Shown piece after piece: positions 21,149 through 31,132 of a DNA stretch of 64,000 nt. The notes under the pieces are model-generated. The model made no database searches, had not been told where the DNA came from, and was given only the letters and a program-made list of their open reading frames with translations. This DNA is from Gemmatimonadota bacterium. GTDB lineage: Bacteria > Gemmatimonadota > Gemmatimonadetes > Longimicrobiales > Gaopeijiaceae. The stretch is from positions 1 to 64,000 of the forward strand of contig JAXHMG010000001.1 of the NCBI GenBank assembly GCA_034521595.1, in the 5' to 3' direction. Every line of letters starts with the position of its first letter. Within the stretch, counting starts at the first letter, position 1. Made by a program: the position numbers and the translations under genes.

Positions 21149-22415
21149 CGGCGAGCACACCTCCGGCCCGCAGGGCGTCGTCCGTGAGCGCTCCGGCTGG
21201 CCACTCTGGCTCCGGGGAGTTCTCCCGCTCGTCCTTCTCGGCGTGCTCCTGGCCGTCTTCTTCCGTTTCGGGCCGCTCGGCGTGTTCCGCGCGGCCTTCC
21301 CCCCCGTCGAGGAGTTGACGATCGAGCGGGTGGCCTTCCCCTCGGAGGGCATGATGCGGGTCCACGTCGTGAACGGTGGCCCCGAGCCGGTGACCATCCG
21401 GCAGGTGATGGTCGAAGAAGCCTACTGGGATCACTCGATCGCCGGGGGGGCGGAGCTCGGGCGCCTGGAACGCACCACGGTCGACATCCCCTATCCCTGG
21501 GTGCACGGCGAGCCGCTCGGTGTCACCCTGCTGAGCGAGACGGGCGTGACGTTCCACGCCGACGTTCCGGTCGCCACGCGATCGCCGAGACCGGACGCGC
21601 GCTATCTCTCCACCTTCGCGATGATCGGAATCTACGTCGGCGTCATCCCCGTCTTCCTCGGTCTCCTCTGGCTCCCATTCCTCCGCAGGATCCCTCGACG
21701 ATGGCTCGACGCCATCCTGGCGTTCACGCTGGGGTTGCTGGTCTTCCTCGGCATCGACGCCCTGGCGGAAGCGATCGAGCTGGCGGAAGGCGTGGCCTCG
21801 GCGTTCCAGGGCATCGGCCTGGTGACGCTCGGGCTGTTGGGCACGCCACTGCTCATCGAGTCCATCGGCGGACGGGGGGCGGCCGGCCCCCGCCGTCGCA
21901 GTGACCCGACCGAATCGGACCCGTCCCGAGTCGATCAGGCGACCACGACCCCGCTTCGCGTGGCTTTCCTCGTCGCCCTCGGCATCGGCCTGCACAACCT
22001 GGGCGAAGGCCTCGCGATCGGCGCGTCCTACACCGCTGGGGAGATCGCGCTCGGAACCGGGTTGGTCGTCGGGTTCCTGGTCCACAACACCACGGAAGGG
22101 GTCGGAATCGTCGCCCCGGTGGCCCGTGGCGGCATCTCGTTCGGGCACCTGGTGGGGCTCGGAGCGCTGGCCGGCGTGCCCACGATCTTCGGGACCTGGA
22201 TCGGGGGCTTCACGTACACACCGATGCTGACGGTGCTCTTCCTGGCGGTCGGAGCCGGGGCGGTCATGCAGGTGACCTGGACGCTCGGAAAGCTGTTGGG
22301 ACAGGAGGCCGAGCAGGGCACGGGCCTCTTCGGGCTCGCCGCTCCGCTGAATGCGACGGGTCTGCTCGCCGGGCTGTGCGTGATGTACCTGACCGGATTG
22401 CTAATTCCCGCGTAG
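21141..22415 (+). CDS. ZIP-family metal transporter
   Basis: GIGLHNLGEGLAIG and LVHNTTEG motifs; overlaps the oxidase gene. Confidence 0.85.
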   Translation: MSDGEHTSGPQGVVRERSGWPLWLRGVLPLVLLGVLLAVFFRFGPLGVFRAAFPPVEELTIERVAFPSEGMMRVHVVNGGPEPVTIRQVMVEEAYWDHSIAGGAELGRLERTTVDIPYPWVHGEPLGVTLLSETGVTFHADVPVATRSPRPDARYLSTFAMIGIYVGVIPVFLGLLWLPFLRRIPRRWLDAILAFTLGLLVFLGIDALAEAIELAEGVASAFQGIGLVTLGLLGTPLLIESIGGRGAAGPRRRSDPTESDPSRVDQATTTPLRVAFLVALGIGLHNLGEGLAIGASYTAGEIALGTGLVVGFLVHNTTEGVGIVAPVARGGISFGHLVGLGALAGVPTIFGTWIGGFTYTPMLTVLFLAVGAGAVMQVTWTLGKLLGQEAEQGTGLFGLAAPLNATGLLAGLCVMYLTGLLIPA

Positions 22416-23705
22416 GTGCGGCGCCTCCGCCCAGAACGATCGGAACCCGTCCCGGTCCCCGGCCGCGTCCGCCATGCGTGCCACGCCCGCCTCGAGCTCC
22501 TCCATGCTGTTGGCGATGGAGAGGCGGAGATAGTGCTCGTCTTCGGAACCCAATCTGCAAAAGGAAGGCCGGTCCATCGTCGCGATGCCGTAGCGATAGA
22601 GGAGGAACATCTGGAGCATGCTCGACGGCGAGGTGCCGGCCCGCTCCTCCTCGGGTAGCGACTGGTACGCATCCATGATGCCCAGATCCCTGCAGTATTC
22701 CTCGACGTTCGGGAACACGTAGAACGTTCCACGCGGGGTCCGGCACGTCACGCCGGGAATGTCGTTCAGACCCGGCACCACCCTGTCTCGCCGCTCCTGG
22801 AACGCTTGGAGGTTGCGGGCCACGTACTTGGCGGTCTCCGGATTCTCGTACGCCTCACGGCCGGCTTCCTGGATGAACGGGGGAACGCAGGAAATGCTGT
22901 TCACGTTGAAGCGCGCGAACACCTCGGCCTCCTCCACCGTGGGGAGCACGGCCCAGCCGAGTCGCCACCCGGTCATCCCGAAGCCCTTCGAGTGGCCGCT
23001 CGCCACCACCGTGCGCTCTTGCATCCCCTCCTCGCTCACCAGGCTCCGGTGCTCGGCGCCGTCGAAGACGATCTGCTCATAGATCTCGTCACTGTAGACG
23101 CGCAGGTCGGGCGAGCCCTTCTCCCGGAGCACCCGGGCGATCCCTGCGAGGTCGTCCTTGCTCAGAACCCCGCCGGTGGGGTTCGACGGAGAATTCAGGA
23201 TCACGAGCTTGGTGCGGGGTGTGATGAGCTCGCCGAGCTCCTCCGGCGTGAAGGCGAAATCGCGCTCCTCGCGGAGACGGAGCGGCACCGGCACAGCCCC
23301 GACGAACCGGATCCACGACTCGTAGATGGGGAAGCCCGGGTTGGGGTAGACCACCTCGTCGCCACGATTCACATAGCTCACGACGCTGAGGCCGATCGGC
23401 GGCTTGGCGCCCGCCGTCACCACGACCCGCTCCGGATCGACGTCGACGCCACGGGTCTTCCTCATGTGCTCGGCGACCGCTCGCCGCAAAGAAAGGATTC
23501 CCGCCGGATCGACGTAGCCGGTGTTCCCTGCTTCGATCTGCCGGATGCACTCCCGGTCGATGTGTGGAGGGCTCGGAAAGTCGGGCTGGCCGAGGTTGAA
23601 CCGGATCACCCGCTTGCCCTGCGCCTCCAGGCGCGCGATGTCCTTGCCCACCTCGAACGCGTTCTCGGTCCCCAGGTCCGCGATCCGGTTCGCCAGCACT
23701 GTCAT
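22401..23705 (-). CDS. PLP-dependent aminotransferase class I/II
   Basis: NSPSNPTG, SDEIYE, SGHSKGFGMTGWRLG. Confidence 0.9.
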   Translation of the reverse strand: MTVLANRIADLGTENAFEVGKDIARLEAQGKRVIRFNLGQPDFPSPPHIDRECIRQIEAGNTGYVDPAGILSLRRAVAEHMRKTRGVDVDPERVVVTAGAKPPIGLSVVSYVNRGDEVVYPNPGFPIYESWIRFVGAVPVPLRLREERDFAFTPEELGELITPRTKLVILNSPSNPTGGVLSKDDLAGIARVLREKGSPDLRVYSDEIYEQIVFDGAEHRSLVSEEGMQERTVVASGHSKGFGMTGWRLGWAVLPTVEEAEVFARFNVNSISCVPPFIQEAGREAYENPETAKYVARNLQAFQERRDRVVPGLNDIPGVTCRTPRGTFYVFPNVEEYCRDLGIMDAYQSLPEEERAGTSPSSMLQMFLLYRYGIATMDRPSFCRLGSEDEHYLRLSIANSMEELEAGVARMADAAGDRDGFRSFWAEAPHLRGN

Positions 23706-23857
23706 GACTCCGTCCCGTTGCAGTTGATCGTCCAGGCAGCGACCAATGGTAGCGCGCGACGGCCGCGTCAACCACCGGGGCGATTTGCGGGCCGCGCGCC
23801 GTGGATTCAATCTGCCACGAAGCACTTCCCTCGAACGAGCGGACCGCTCGGAGAACG

Positions 23858-24382
23858 ATGACGCATCGCACGGAAAGCGGTCGCGGCGAATCGCTTCGCA
23901 CCAAGCTCCAGCGCTGGGGCTTCAACTGGTTTCCCGCGTACCGCGGAACCGGCGCGCGCATCCTCTACATCGAGCGCGACTACCGTGAAGTGCGGGTGAA
24001 GCTCCCGCTGAGCTGGCGGACCCGCAACTACGTGGGGACGATCTTCGGCGGGAGCATGTACGGGGCCGTGGACCCCATCTACATGATCATGCTGATCAAG
24101 CGGTTGGGATCCGACTACCTGGTCTGGGACAAGGCCGCGTCCATCCGGTTCAGGCGGCCCGGACGGGACACCCTCTACGCCACATTCAGGTTGGACGATG
24201 GCGAGGTGCGCACCGTCCGGGAGGCGCTCGAGCGGGAAGCCTCGGTCGAGCGGACCTACACCGTCGCGCTGGTCGACGAGGAGGGCACGACGCACGCGAC
24301 CGTGGACAAGGTCCTGCACATCCGTCGCCGGGCGGAAGCTTCGACCGAACACGAGGACGCGGACGGAAGGCCGCGGAAATGA
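23858..24382 (+). CDS. DUF4442 hotdog-fold thioesterase-like protein
   Basis: FNWFPAYRGTGARI..TRNYVGTIFGGSMY..VWDKAASIRF. Confidence 0.85.
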   Translation: MTHRTESGRGESLRTKLQRWGFNWFPAYRGTGARILYIERDYREVRVKLPLSWRTRNYVGTIFGGSMYGAVDPIYMIMLIKRLGSDYLVWDKAASIRFRRPGRDTLYATFRLDDGEVRTVREALEREASVERTYTVALVDEEGTTHATVDKVLHIRRRAEASTEHEDADGRPRK

Positions 24383-24765
24383 GCGCTCACGCTCCTCTCC
24401 AAGCTCCACCGGAACGCCCACCGCGCCCCCGGGTTCACAGTCGCATGGGCAAGCGCCGCGTCTCCCGACCCTCTCCCGAGCCCCCCCGCACGCTCCACAC
24501 GGCGGTGGTGGTCGACGAGATCGACCTGCACGGCCTGACCGCCGCCGGAGCGGAGCGGCGTCTGCGCGGCTTTCTCGCGACGCACGCGGTCCGCTCGCCG
24601 GATGAGGTCGTCCGCGTGATCACGGGACGTGGAGCGCACTCGGCCGGCTCCCCGGTCGTACGGGAGCGGGTGCGGGATGCGCTCGACGCTGCGCTACGCG
24701 AGCACGTGGCGGAATGGGCGGTCGACATGGGAGGTGGGGCGTACCTGATCCGGGTCCGCGGGTGA
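24379..24765 (+). CDS. Smr-domain protein
   Basis: EIDLHGLT, VITGRGAHS, GGGAYLI. Confidence 0.85.
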   Translation: MSAHAPLQAPPERPPRPRVHSRMGKRRVSRPSPEPPRTLHTAVVVDEIDLHGLTAAGAERRLRGFLATHAVRSPDEVVRVITGRGAHSAGSPVVRERVRDALDAALREHVAEWAVDMGGGAYLIRVRG

Positions 24766-25685
24766 CGCGCTCGGCACGGTACGTCCTCGCCGACGTCTTC
24801 ACGAGCCGGCCGTTCGGCGGCAACCCCCTGGCCGTCTTTCCGGATCCGGACGCGGTGCCACCGCACCTGATGCCCGTGATCGCCCGAGAGCTCAATCTCT
24901 CGGAGACGGTTTTCCTGCTGCCGCCCGAGGACCCTCGCCACGCAGCGCGCATGCGGATCTTCACGCCCGAGGCCGAGCTTCCCTTCGCGGGGCACCCGAC
25001 GGTGGGCACCGCGTGCATCCGGGTCGCCGACGGACGGGGCCCCCGAGTTCCGGAAGGCGGCGAGCTGACGTTCGTGCTCGAACAGGTAGCGGGACCGGTC
25101 TCCGTGCGCGTGCGCTCCGAGTCCGGCGGATATTCCGCGCGGTTCGATGTCCCGCAGAAGCCCGTCCCCGGCGACGATTCGGTCCCGGAAGTGGGGCGGA
25201 TCGCCGAGTCGCTCTCACTCGAAGAGACCGACCTGGCCGGAGAGGACTGGGCGCCACGGGTGTTCTCGTGCGGCGTGCCGTTTCTGATCGTTCCGGTGCG
25301 GGACCTCGACGCCCTGTCTCGCGCGCGCTTGAACTCGGCGGGGTGGGAACGCTGGATCGCGCCCTCGGAGGGGCCGCATGTGTACCTCATCGCCCCCGAC
25401 GTGAACGATCCGTCTTCGCTCCGGGCCCGGATGTTCGCGCCGGCCCTGGGCGTGCCGGAAGATCCCGCCACCGGCGCGGCCGCTTCCGCCCTGGCCGGCT
25501 ACCTCGCGGCCCGAGACCCGAAGCCGGACGGCACCCGCCGCTGGCGCATCGAACAAGGGGTGGAGATGGGCCGCCCCAGCCTCATCGAGCTGGAAGCCGA
25601 TGAACGCGGCGGAGTGGTGAGCGCGGTCCGGGTGGGTGGGGGATGCGTGCTGCTCGGAGAGGGGCGGCTCGACCTGCTCGAGTGA
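24762..25685 (+). CDS. PhzF-family epimerase/isomerase
   Basis: DVFTSRPFGGNPLAV, NLSETVF, ELPFAGHPTVG, EDPATGAA. Confidence 0.9.
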   Translation: MTRSARYVLADVFTSRPFGGNPLAVFPDPDAVPPHLMPVIARELNLSETVFLLPPEDPRHAARMRIFTPEAELPFAGHPTVGTACIRVADGRGPRVPEGGELTFVLEQVAGPVSVRVRSESGGYSARFDVPQKPVPGDDSVPEVGRIAESLSLEETDLAGEDWAPRVFSCGVPFLIVPVRDLDALSRARLNSAGWERWIAPSEGPHVYLIAPDVNDPSSLRARMFAPALGVPEDPATGAAASALAGYLAARDPKPDGTRRWRIEQGVEMGRPSLIELEADERGGVVSAVRVGGGCVLLGEGRLDLLE

Positions 25686-25750
25686 GATCACCGATGACGT
25701 TTCGCGCGCGGTACGTGCGCGGATCCGCCGTGCGCCGTACGTTGGGCGCC

Positions 25751-26911
25751 ATGCTCGAGCTTCGCGCGCTTCGTTTCCGGATCCTGGCGACCTTCGCCGG
25801 AAGTGTCGTCGCCGCGGCCGTCCTCCTCGCGGCGTGTGGGGACCCGGCCGACCGGTCGTCCGCCGCCGGCCCCGAGACGTGGACCGTCGCGGCCGAGCCC
25901 GTGCTCCGGATCGGGGAGCAGGACGGCGAGGCGGCGTACCTGTTCGATCGGGTCTCCGCGGTGCGTCTCCTCGACGACGGTGGTGTCGTCGTGGCCGATC
26001 GCCGCCACGCGGAGATCCGGGTCTACGACGAGGAAGGGGTGCATCTCACCTCCATGGGCGGCCCGGGCGAGGGCCCCGGTGAGTTCGAGGTCATCAGCTA
26101 CCTGACCATCCATCCACCCGACACGCTGTTGGCCTACGACGGGTTCGCTTATCGGACGACCCGCTTTCTGCTCGACGGAACGCTGGCCGGCAACCGGCCG
26201 ATCCGTCCCGAGAACGGCGCACCCGAGATGTACCTCGGGACCTACGCCGACGGGGACGCCGCCATCGCGTCGCTCATTCCTCCACCGAGAGGGGGCACGG
26301 AGGTCATTCCGGACCGGATGTCCATCGGACGGTACGACCAGGACGGTTCGCGTGTCGCGGAGCTCACGGTCGCCGACGGCATTCGTCGTGCCGGAGGTGC
26401 CGTCGTCATACCGTTCTCGCCCTACCTGCACGCGCGGATGCTCCGGGACTCCATCTACTACACCGATGGCCTCAAACCCGCATTATTTGTTCTGGACGAC
26501 GAAGGAAACGTGGCCCGGACCATTGAGCTTCCCATTCCGCGTCCCGACCACGAAGCAGCCTGGAACACGCTTCACCGCGAGCTCGAAGCCCGTGACGAAA
26601 CGTCCTGGCTCGACGACGTCACCCCCGAGATCGAAGCCGAGCCGGTTCCCACGATCGCCGAAGTCGTCTTCGATGCCGATGAGCGGATCTGGGTCAAGCA
26701 CTACGAGCCCCGGACCGACGCGATGCATCTGCGCCGGGGCCTCCCGAGCGGGGGACGGTGGACGGTCGTGCGGCCGGACGGCGAGATCCTCGCGCACGTG
26801 GACCTGCCCGAAGGCTTCGCCCCCCTCGACGCCTCCGGCCGTCGCGTGGCGGGAGTGCACAGAGACGAGCTCGACGTCGAGCGGGTCGTGGTGTTCGAGC
26901 TGCGAGGCTAG
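25751..26911 (+). CDS. 6-bladed beta-propeller-type lipoprotein
   Basis: LAAC lipobox, GGPGEGPGEF, RDELDVERV. Confidence 0.75.
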   Translation: MLELRALRFRILATFAGSVVAAAVLLAACGDPADRSSAAGPETWTVAAEPVLRIGEQDGEAAYLFDRVSAVRLLDDGGVVVADRRHAEIRVYDEEGVHLTSMGGPGEGPGEFEVISYLTIHPPDTLLAYDGFAYRTTRFLLDGTLAGNRPIRPENGAPEMYLGTYADGDAAIASLIPPPRGGTEVIPDRMSIGRYDQDGSRVAELTVADGIRRAGGAVVIPFSPYLHARMLRDSIYYTDGLKPALFVLDDEGNVARTIELPIPRPDHEAAWNTLHRELEARDETSWLDDVTPEIEAEPVPTIAEVVFDADERIWVKHYEPRTDAMHLRRGLPSGGRWTVVRPDGEILAHVDLPEGFAPLDASGRRVAGVHRDELDVERVVVFELRG

Positions 26912-26962
26912 GACACTTCGCGAGCGGTCGCGAGGCGTACCAATCGCTCCTAGCTTCGGGGG

Positions 26963-27943
26963 ATGACACGGCCCCTGCACACCTCCGATCTCGCGGTCCC
27001 GGTGGCGTTCGCACCCGACGGCTCCGTGGTCCGTCCGGCCGACGCCGAGCCGGGCACGAGCTACCGCTGCCCGGGATGCTCGGTCGAGGTCGTGCTACGG
27101 ACCGGCGGGCGCCGCCGTCCTCACTTCGCACACCGAAGCGGAGAGGGATGCTCGACGGAGAGCACGCTTCACCGGGCGGCCAAACGGCGTATCCTGGAGG
27201 TCGTGGACGCGTGGAAGCACCACGGCGGACCTCGGCCGTGCATCGCACGGCCCTGTCCCCAACCGGACTGCGACGGGGGCATCGTGCAGGACCTCCCCAC
27301 GGACGTCACCCACGCGGCCGAGGAAGTCCGCATGCCCGACGGCTCGGTGGCGGATCTCGTGCTCTTCCGAGACGAGCAACCCGCCGCGGCCATCGAGATC
27401 CTCGTCACCCATCGCGTCGATCACGCGAAGGCGGAACGCCTGGGGATGCCGTGGATCGAAGTGCGTGCCGCCGAGGTCCTGGAGCGACCGTATTGGTGGG
27501 TCGCCATCCAAGACCGGTTGCGCCCGTTCGTATGTCCGAAGTGCACGGAGCGGGACCGAACAATGCACCGTGCGGTCGTCGACGTGCGAGCGCGTGCGCT
27601 CGTGGTCGCGGAACGGCTCGGAGTCGACCTTCCGCCCAGCCCTCCCTACGGATACGCGCCGCATACCTGTTGGCGGTGCCACCGGGAGATGCTCGCGTTC
27701 GCCTGGCCGGGTGGCGGCGGACACAGCCCCACCCGCCCGCCCGATCCCATTCCCCCGACAGTACAGCACCGAGTGACCGAGGGAGGGGGAAACTACTGGG
27801 CGAACACCTGCCTGCACTGCGCCGCCGTGCAGGGCGACTACTACCTTACACGGGACAACGAGGCGTACATGACCGTGTCGACTTACATGGAGCGCCAGCG
27901 CGGGGGCGACACCTCCTGGACCGCGATCCACAAGGAGCCATGA
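26963..27943 (+). CDS. CoiA-like zinc ribbon plus PD-(D/E)XK nuclease-like protein
   Basis: YRCPGC..RPHFAH..ESTLHRAAK; ADLVL..AIEILVTH; several additional CxxC. Confidence 0.65.
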   Translation: MTRPLHTSDLAVPVAFAPDGSVVRPADAEPGTSYRCPGCSVEVVLRTGGRRRPHFAHRSGEGCSTESTLHRAAKRRILEVVDAWKHHGGPRPCIARPCPQPDCDGGIVQDLPTDVTHAAEEVRMPDGSVADLVLFRDEQPAAAIEILVTHRVDHAKAERLGMPWIEVRAAEVLERPYWWVAIQDRLRPFVCPKCTERDRTMHRAVVDVRARALVVAERLGVDLPPSPPYGYAPHTCWRCHREMLAFAWPGGGGHSPTRPPDPIPPTVQHRVTEGGGNYWANTCLHCAAVQGDYYLTRDNEAYMTVSTYMERQRGGDTSWTAIHKEP

Positions 27944-28533
27944 TGTCCACCAGGAAGCCCGTGATCCTCCAAACCGCCAAGTTCGTGCCGAAGGCGCCGC
28001 TGTACGGCGCGCTCGCCACCCTGTGGCCCATGGTCGCCTCGATCGTGTTGATCCCGGTGGTGCCTCTCGCCTACCCGTTCGTCCTCTGGTACAAGCGCCG
28101 TTACTACGCCAGGATGTCCGTCATCCTGTCGCGACGGGACCTCATCGTCCGACGTGGCGTGTGGATGAGAGAGGAGAAGACGATCCCCCTCGAGAAGATC
28201 ACCGATGTGGCCATCAACGAGGGGCCGATCATGCGATGGCTCGGATTGAAGGGCATGCGCGTCGAGACCGCGGGCCAGAGCGGCGACCAGGCCGCGTTGG
28301 TCAACATCGCAGGAATTCACGACTGCGACGGGTTTCGAGACGCAGTGCTCGATCAACGAGACAAGGTGGCCGAGGGCGACGGCCCGACGTCCGCACCGTC
28401 CGTGGGCGCAGAGGCCACCGCTCGCAGCCCCTATTCTCTCGGGCAGGAACAGCCGTCTTCGGACGACGAAGTGGTCGCCCTCCTGCGGGACATCCGCGAC
28501 CACCTGGCGCGCATCGCGCCCCCGCCTCCATGA
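27940..28533 (+). CDS. Bacterial PH-domain membrane protein
   Basis: Two TM helices, then RRGVW..EKTIPLEKITDVAINEGPIMRWLG..VETAGQ. Confidence 0.8.
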   Translation: MMSTRKPVILQTAKFVPKAPLYGALATLWPMVASIVLIPVVPLAYPFVLWYKRRYYARMSVILSRRDLIVRRGVWMREEKTIPLEKITDVAINEGPIMRWLGLKGMRVETAGQSGDQAALVNIAGIHDCDGFRDAVLDQRDKVAEGDGPTSAPSVGAEATARSPYSLGQEQPSSDDEVVALLRDIRDHLARIAPPPP

Positions 28534-28599
28534 TCGCGTGTCGTTAGGCTCCGTCGTTGCGCTCAGGTGCTGATGTCACAAAGAGACCCGTGAGGAGAA

Positions 28600-29085
28600 A
28601 TGGCGGATACGGGAAGTCCACAATCGACCGAACCGGCCCCCGTGGCTCACGGTCCGGAACGTTCAGCAGAAACCTCCGAACATGAGCAGGGGACACCCGT
28701 GAACAGGCTTGGGACGGCACCGATCCTCTTGCGGCTCGAAGGGGTGGTCGTGCTCGGGGCCTCCGTGCTCGCGTATGCGAGCCTGGGCGCGCCGTGGCTA
28801 CTCTTCGCACTGCTGATACTCGCCCCGGATCTGTCGATTCTCGGGTACCTGGGGGGGCCGCGAATCGGGGCGGTCTTCTACAATCTGGCCCACACCTACG
28901 CGGCCCCCGCTCTCCTGGCTGCGCTGGCCCTGGTGCGGCTCCAGCCCGACCTCGTGGCGGCCGCGTTGATCTGGACCGCCCATATCGGGCTGGACCGGGC
29001 CCTGGGGTTCGGCTTGAAGCTGCCGACGGGCTTCAAGGACACGCATCTCGGCCGGCTCGGACCCTCAGGGGAACTCGGGACCTGA
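28600..29085 (+). CDS. DUF4260 membrane protein
   Basis: LLRLEG..APDLSILGY..YNLAHTY..AHIGLDRALGFGLK..THLG. Confidence 0.85.
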   Translation: MADTGSPQSTEPAPVAHGPERSAETSEHEQGTPVNRLGTAPILLRLEGVVVLGASVLAYASLGAPWLLFALLILAPDLSILGYLGGPRIGAVFYNLAHTYAAPALLAALALVRLQPDLVAAALIWTAHIGLDRALGFGLKLPTGFKDTHLGRLGPSGELGT

Positions 29086-29305
29086 GCGGCCCGGGCGCGC
29101 CACTCCTCCACCGGCCGCCCCGGGAGCGGGTCGTTGCCCGCCAGGCGACCGCCGGAGCAATGGAGGCGAACCGAAGGCCGAACGATCCCCGCGGGGTCGG
29201 CTCTTCTCCCGAAACCCGGCTCCTTCTGCCGGGGTAGCCTTTCGACTCCCGGAGCCGGCTTCCCATCCCTGCACGCTCCGGCAGCATCCCGCAACTCCGG
29301 AGCTC

Positions 29306-31111
29306 ATGGCGCAAACCGGGCCCCTGCAGGAAGAAGAAGCGCTCGGCAAGGCGTACGACGCCCGCCTCATGCGTCGCCTGATGCGGTACCTGGCGCCGTA
29401 CCGGTGGAAGGTCGTCGTCGCGGTTCTGGTGCTGATGCTGGCCTCCGGCGCCCAGATCGTGGGACCGTGGATCACCCAGCTCGTCATCGACGTGGCGATC
29501 CCCCAGGCCGATGCCGGCTACCTCGGACGGCTGGCGCTGGCCTACCTCGGCATCACGGTGCTCGCGTTCGGGCTCGAGTACGTGCGGGCCATTCTGACCA
29601 CGTGGATCGGTCAGTCTGTCATGTACGACCTGCGCACCGAGATCTTCGAGAAGCTCCAGCGCGCGGACCTGCGCTACTACGACCGCAACCCGGTCGGGCG
29701 GCTCATGACCCGCATCACGAACGACGTGGAGACGCTCAACACGCTTTTCAGCTCGGGCGTGGTCTCGGCGTTCGGGGACGTCTTCACCCTGGCCTTCATC
29801 GTGGTGGCGATGCTCTCGATGAGCTGGCAGCTCGCGCTCGTCTCGTTCGCCGTGCTTCCCCTCGTCTTCATCGCCGCCTTCGTGTTCCGCGCGCGCGTAC
29901 GCGACGCCTACCGCGATATCCGGGTGCGGCTCGCCCGCCTGAACGCGTTCATCCACGAGCGCATCACGGGCATGAGCATCGTGCAGCTCTTCAACCGCGA
30001 AGAGCCGGACGCGGCGCGCCACGCCGAGTTGAACGAGGACCACATGCAGGCGCACCTGCGCTCGATCACCTACTACGCGCTCTTCTTCCCCATCATCGAG
30101 CTCTTCACCGCGATCGCGCTGGCGCTGATCATCTGGTACGGGGGCCTCCGTATTCTGGACGGCGTGGTGACCGTCGGCATCGTCGCCGCGTTCCTCCAGT
30201 ATGCGCGCCGGTTCTTCCGTCCCATCCAGGACCTGTCGGAAAAGTACAACCTCCTGCAGAGCGCGATGGCTTCCTCGGAACGGGTGTTCAAGCTCCTCGA
30301 CGAGCCGATCGAGATCGGCGACCCGGAGGACCCGGCCGACTTCCCGCCGGACGCCCGGGGACGCATCGAATTCGAGGACGTTTGGTTCGCCTACGGCCCC
30401 AAGGAGGACGGTGAGCCCGACTGGGTCCTCGAGGGCGTCAGCTTCGTCGTGCAACCGGGCGAGAAGGTCGCGATCGTCGGCCACACGGGCGCGGGGAAGA
30501 GCACGCTCATCAACCTGCTGATGCGCTTCTACGACGTGGATCGGGGCCGGATCCTGCTGGACGGCGTGCCGATAGACCGGCTCAGGATCGAGGCGCTCCG
30601 GGCCCGGATCGGACTCGTGCTCCAGGACGTCTTCCTGTTCAGCGAGGACATCGGCTACAACATCCGGCTCGGCGCCGCGGAAGTCGACGACGAAGCGCTC
30701 GTCTCCGCCGCGGAGCGCGTGGGCGCGGACGCCTTCATCGAGCGGCTCGACGCCGGCTACGAGCAGCCCCTCGGGGAGCGGGGCTCGACACTGTCGGTCG
30801 GAGAGCGTCAGCTCGTCAGCTTCGCACGGGCGCTCGCGTTCGATCCGGAGATCCTGGTCCTGGACGAGGCGACCAGCTCGGTCGATTCCGAGCTCGAGGC
30901 CCACATCGAAGCGGCCACGGACGAGCTCCTGCGAGGACGAACTTCGCTCGTGATCGCGCACAGGCTCTCGACCGTGCAGCACGCGGACCGGATCGTCGTG
31001 CTCCACCACGGGAAGCTACGGGAACAGGGCACGCACCAGGAGCTGCTCGCCGCGGGAGGCCTGTACGCCCAACTCCACGAGCTGCAGTTCGTCTCGGCGA
31101 CCGTGGCTTAG
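29306..31111 (+). CDS. ABC exporter, fused permease/ATPase
   Basis: TM domain; GHTGAGKS, LSVGERQ, ILVLDEATS. Confidence 0.93.
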   Translation: MAQTGPLQEEEALGKAYDARLMRRLMRYLAPYRWKVVVAVLVLMLASGAQIVGPWITQLVIDVAIPQADAGYLGRLALAYLGITVLAFGLEYVRAILTTWIGQSVMYDLRTEIFEKLQRADLRYYDRNPVGRLMTRITNDVETLNTLFSSGVVSAFGDVFTLAFIVVAMLSMSWQLALVSFAVLPLVFIAAFVFRARVRDAYRDIRVRLARLNAFIHERITGMSIVQLFNREEPDAARHAELNEDHMQAHLRSITYYALFFPIIELFTAIALALIIWYGGLRILDGVVTVGIVAAFLQYARRFFRPIQDLSEKYNLLQSAMASSERVFKLLDEPIEIGDPEDPADFPPDARGRIEFEDVWFAYGPKEDGEPDWVLEGVSFVVQPGEKVAIVGHTGAGKSTLINLLMRFYDVDRGRILLDGVPIDRLRIEALRARIGLVLQDVFLFSEDIGYNIRLGAAEVDDEALVSAAERVGADAFIERLDAGYEQPLGERGSTLSVGERQLVSFARALAFDPEILVLDEATSSVDSELEAHIEAATDELLRGRTSLVIAHRLSTVQHADRIVVLHHGKLREQGTHQELLAAGGLYAQLHELQFVSATVA

Positions 31112-31132
31112 CAGCCGAGGGCCACCGAAGCG

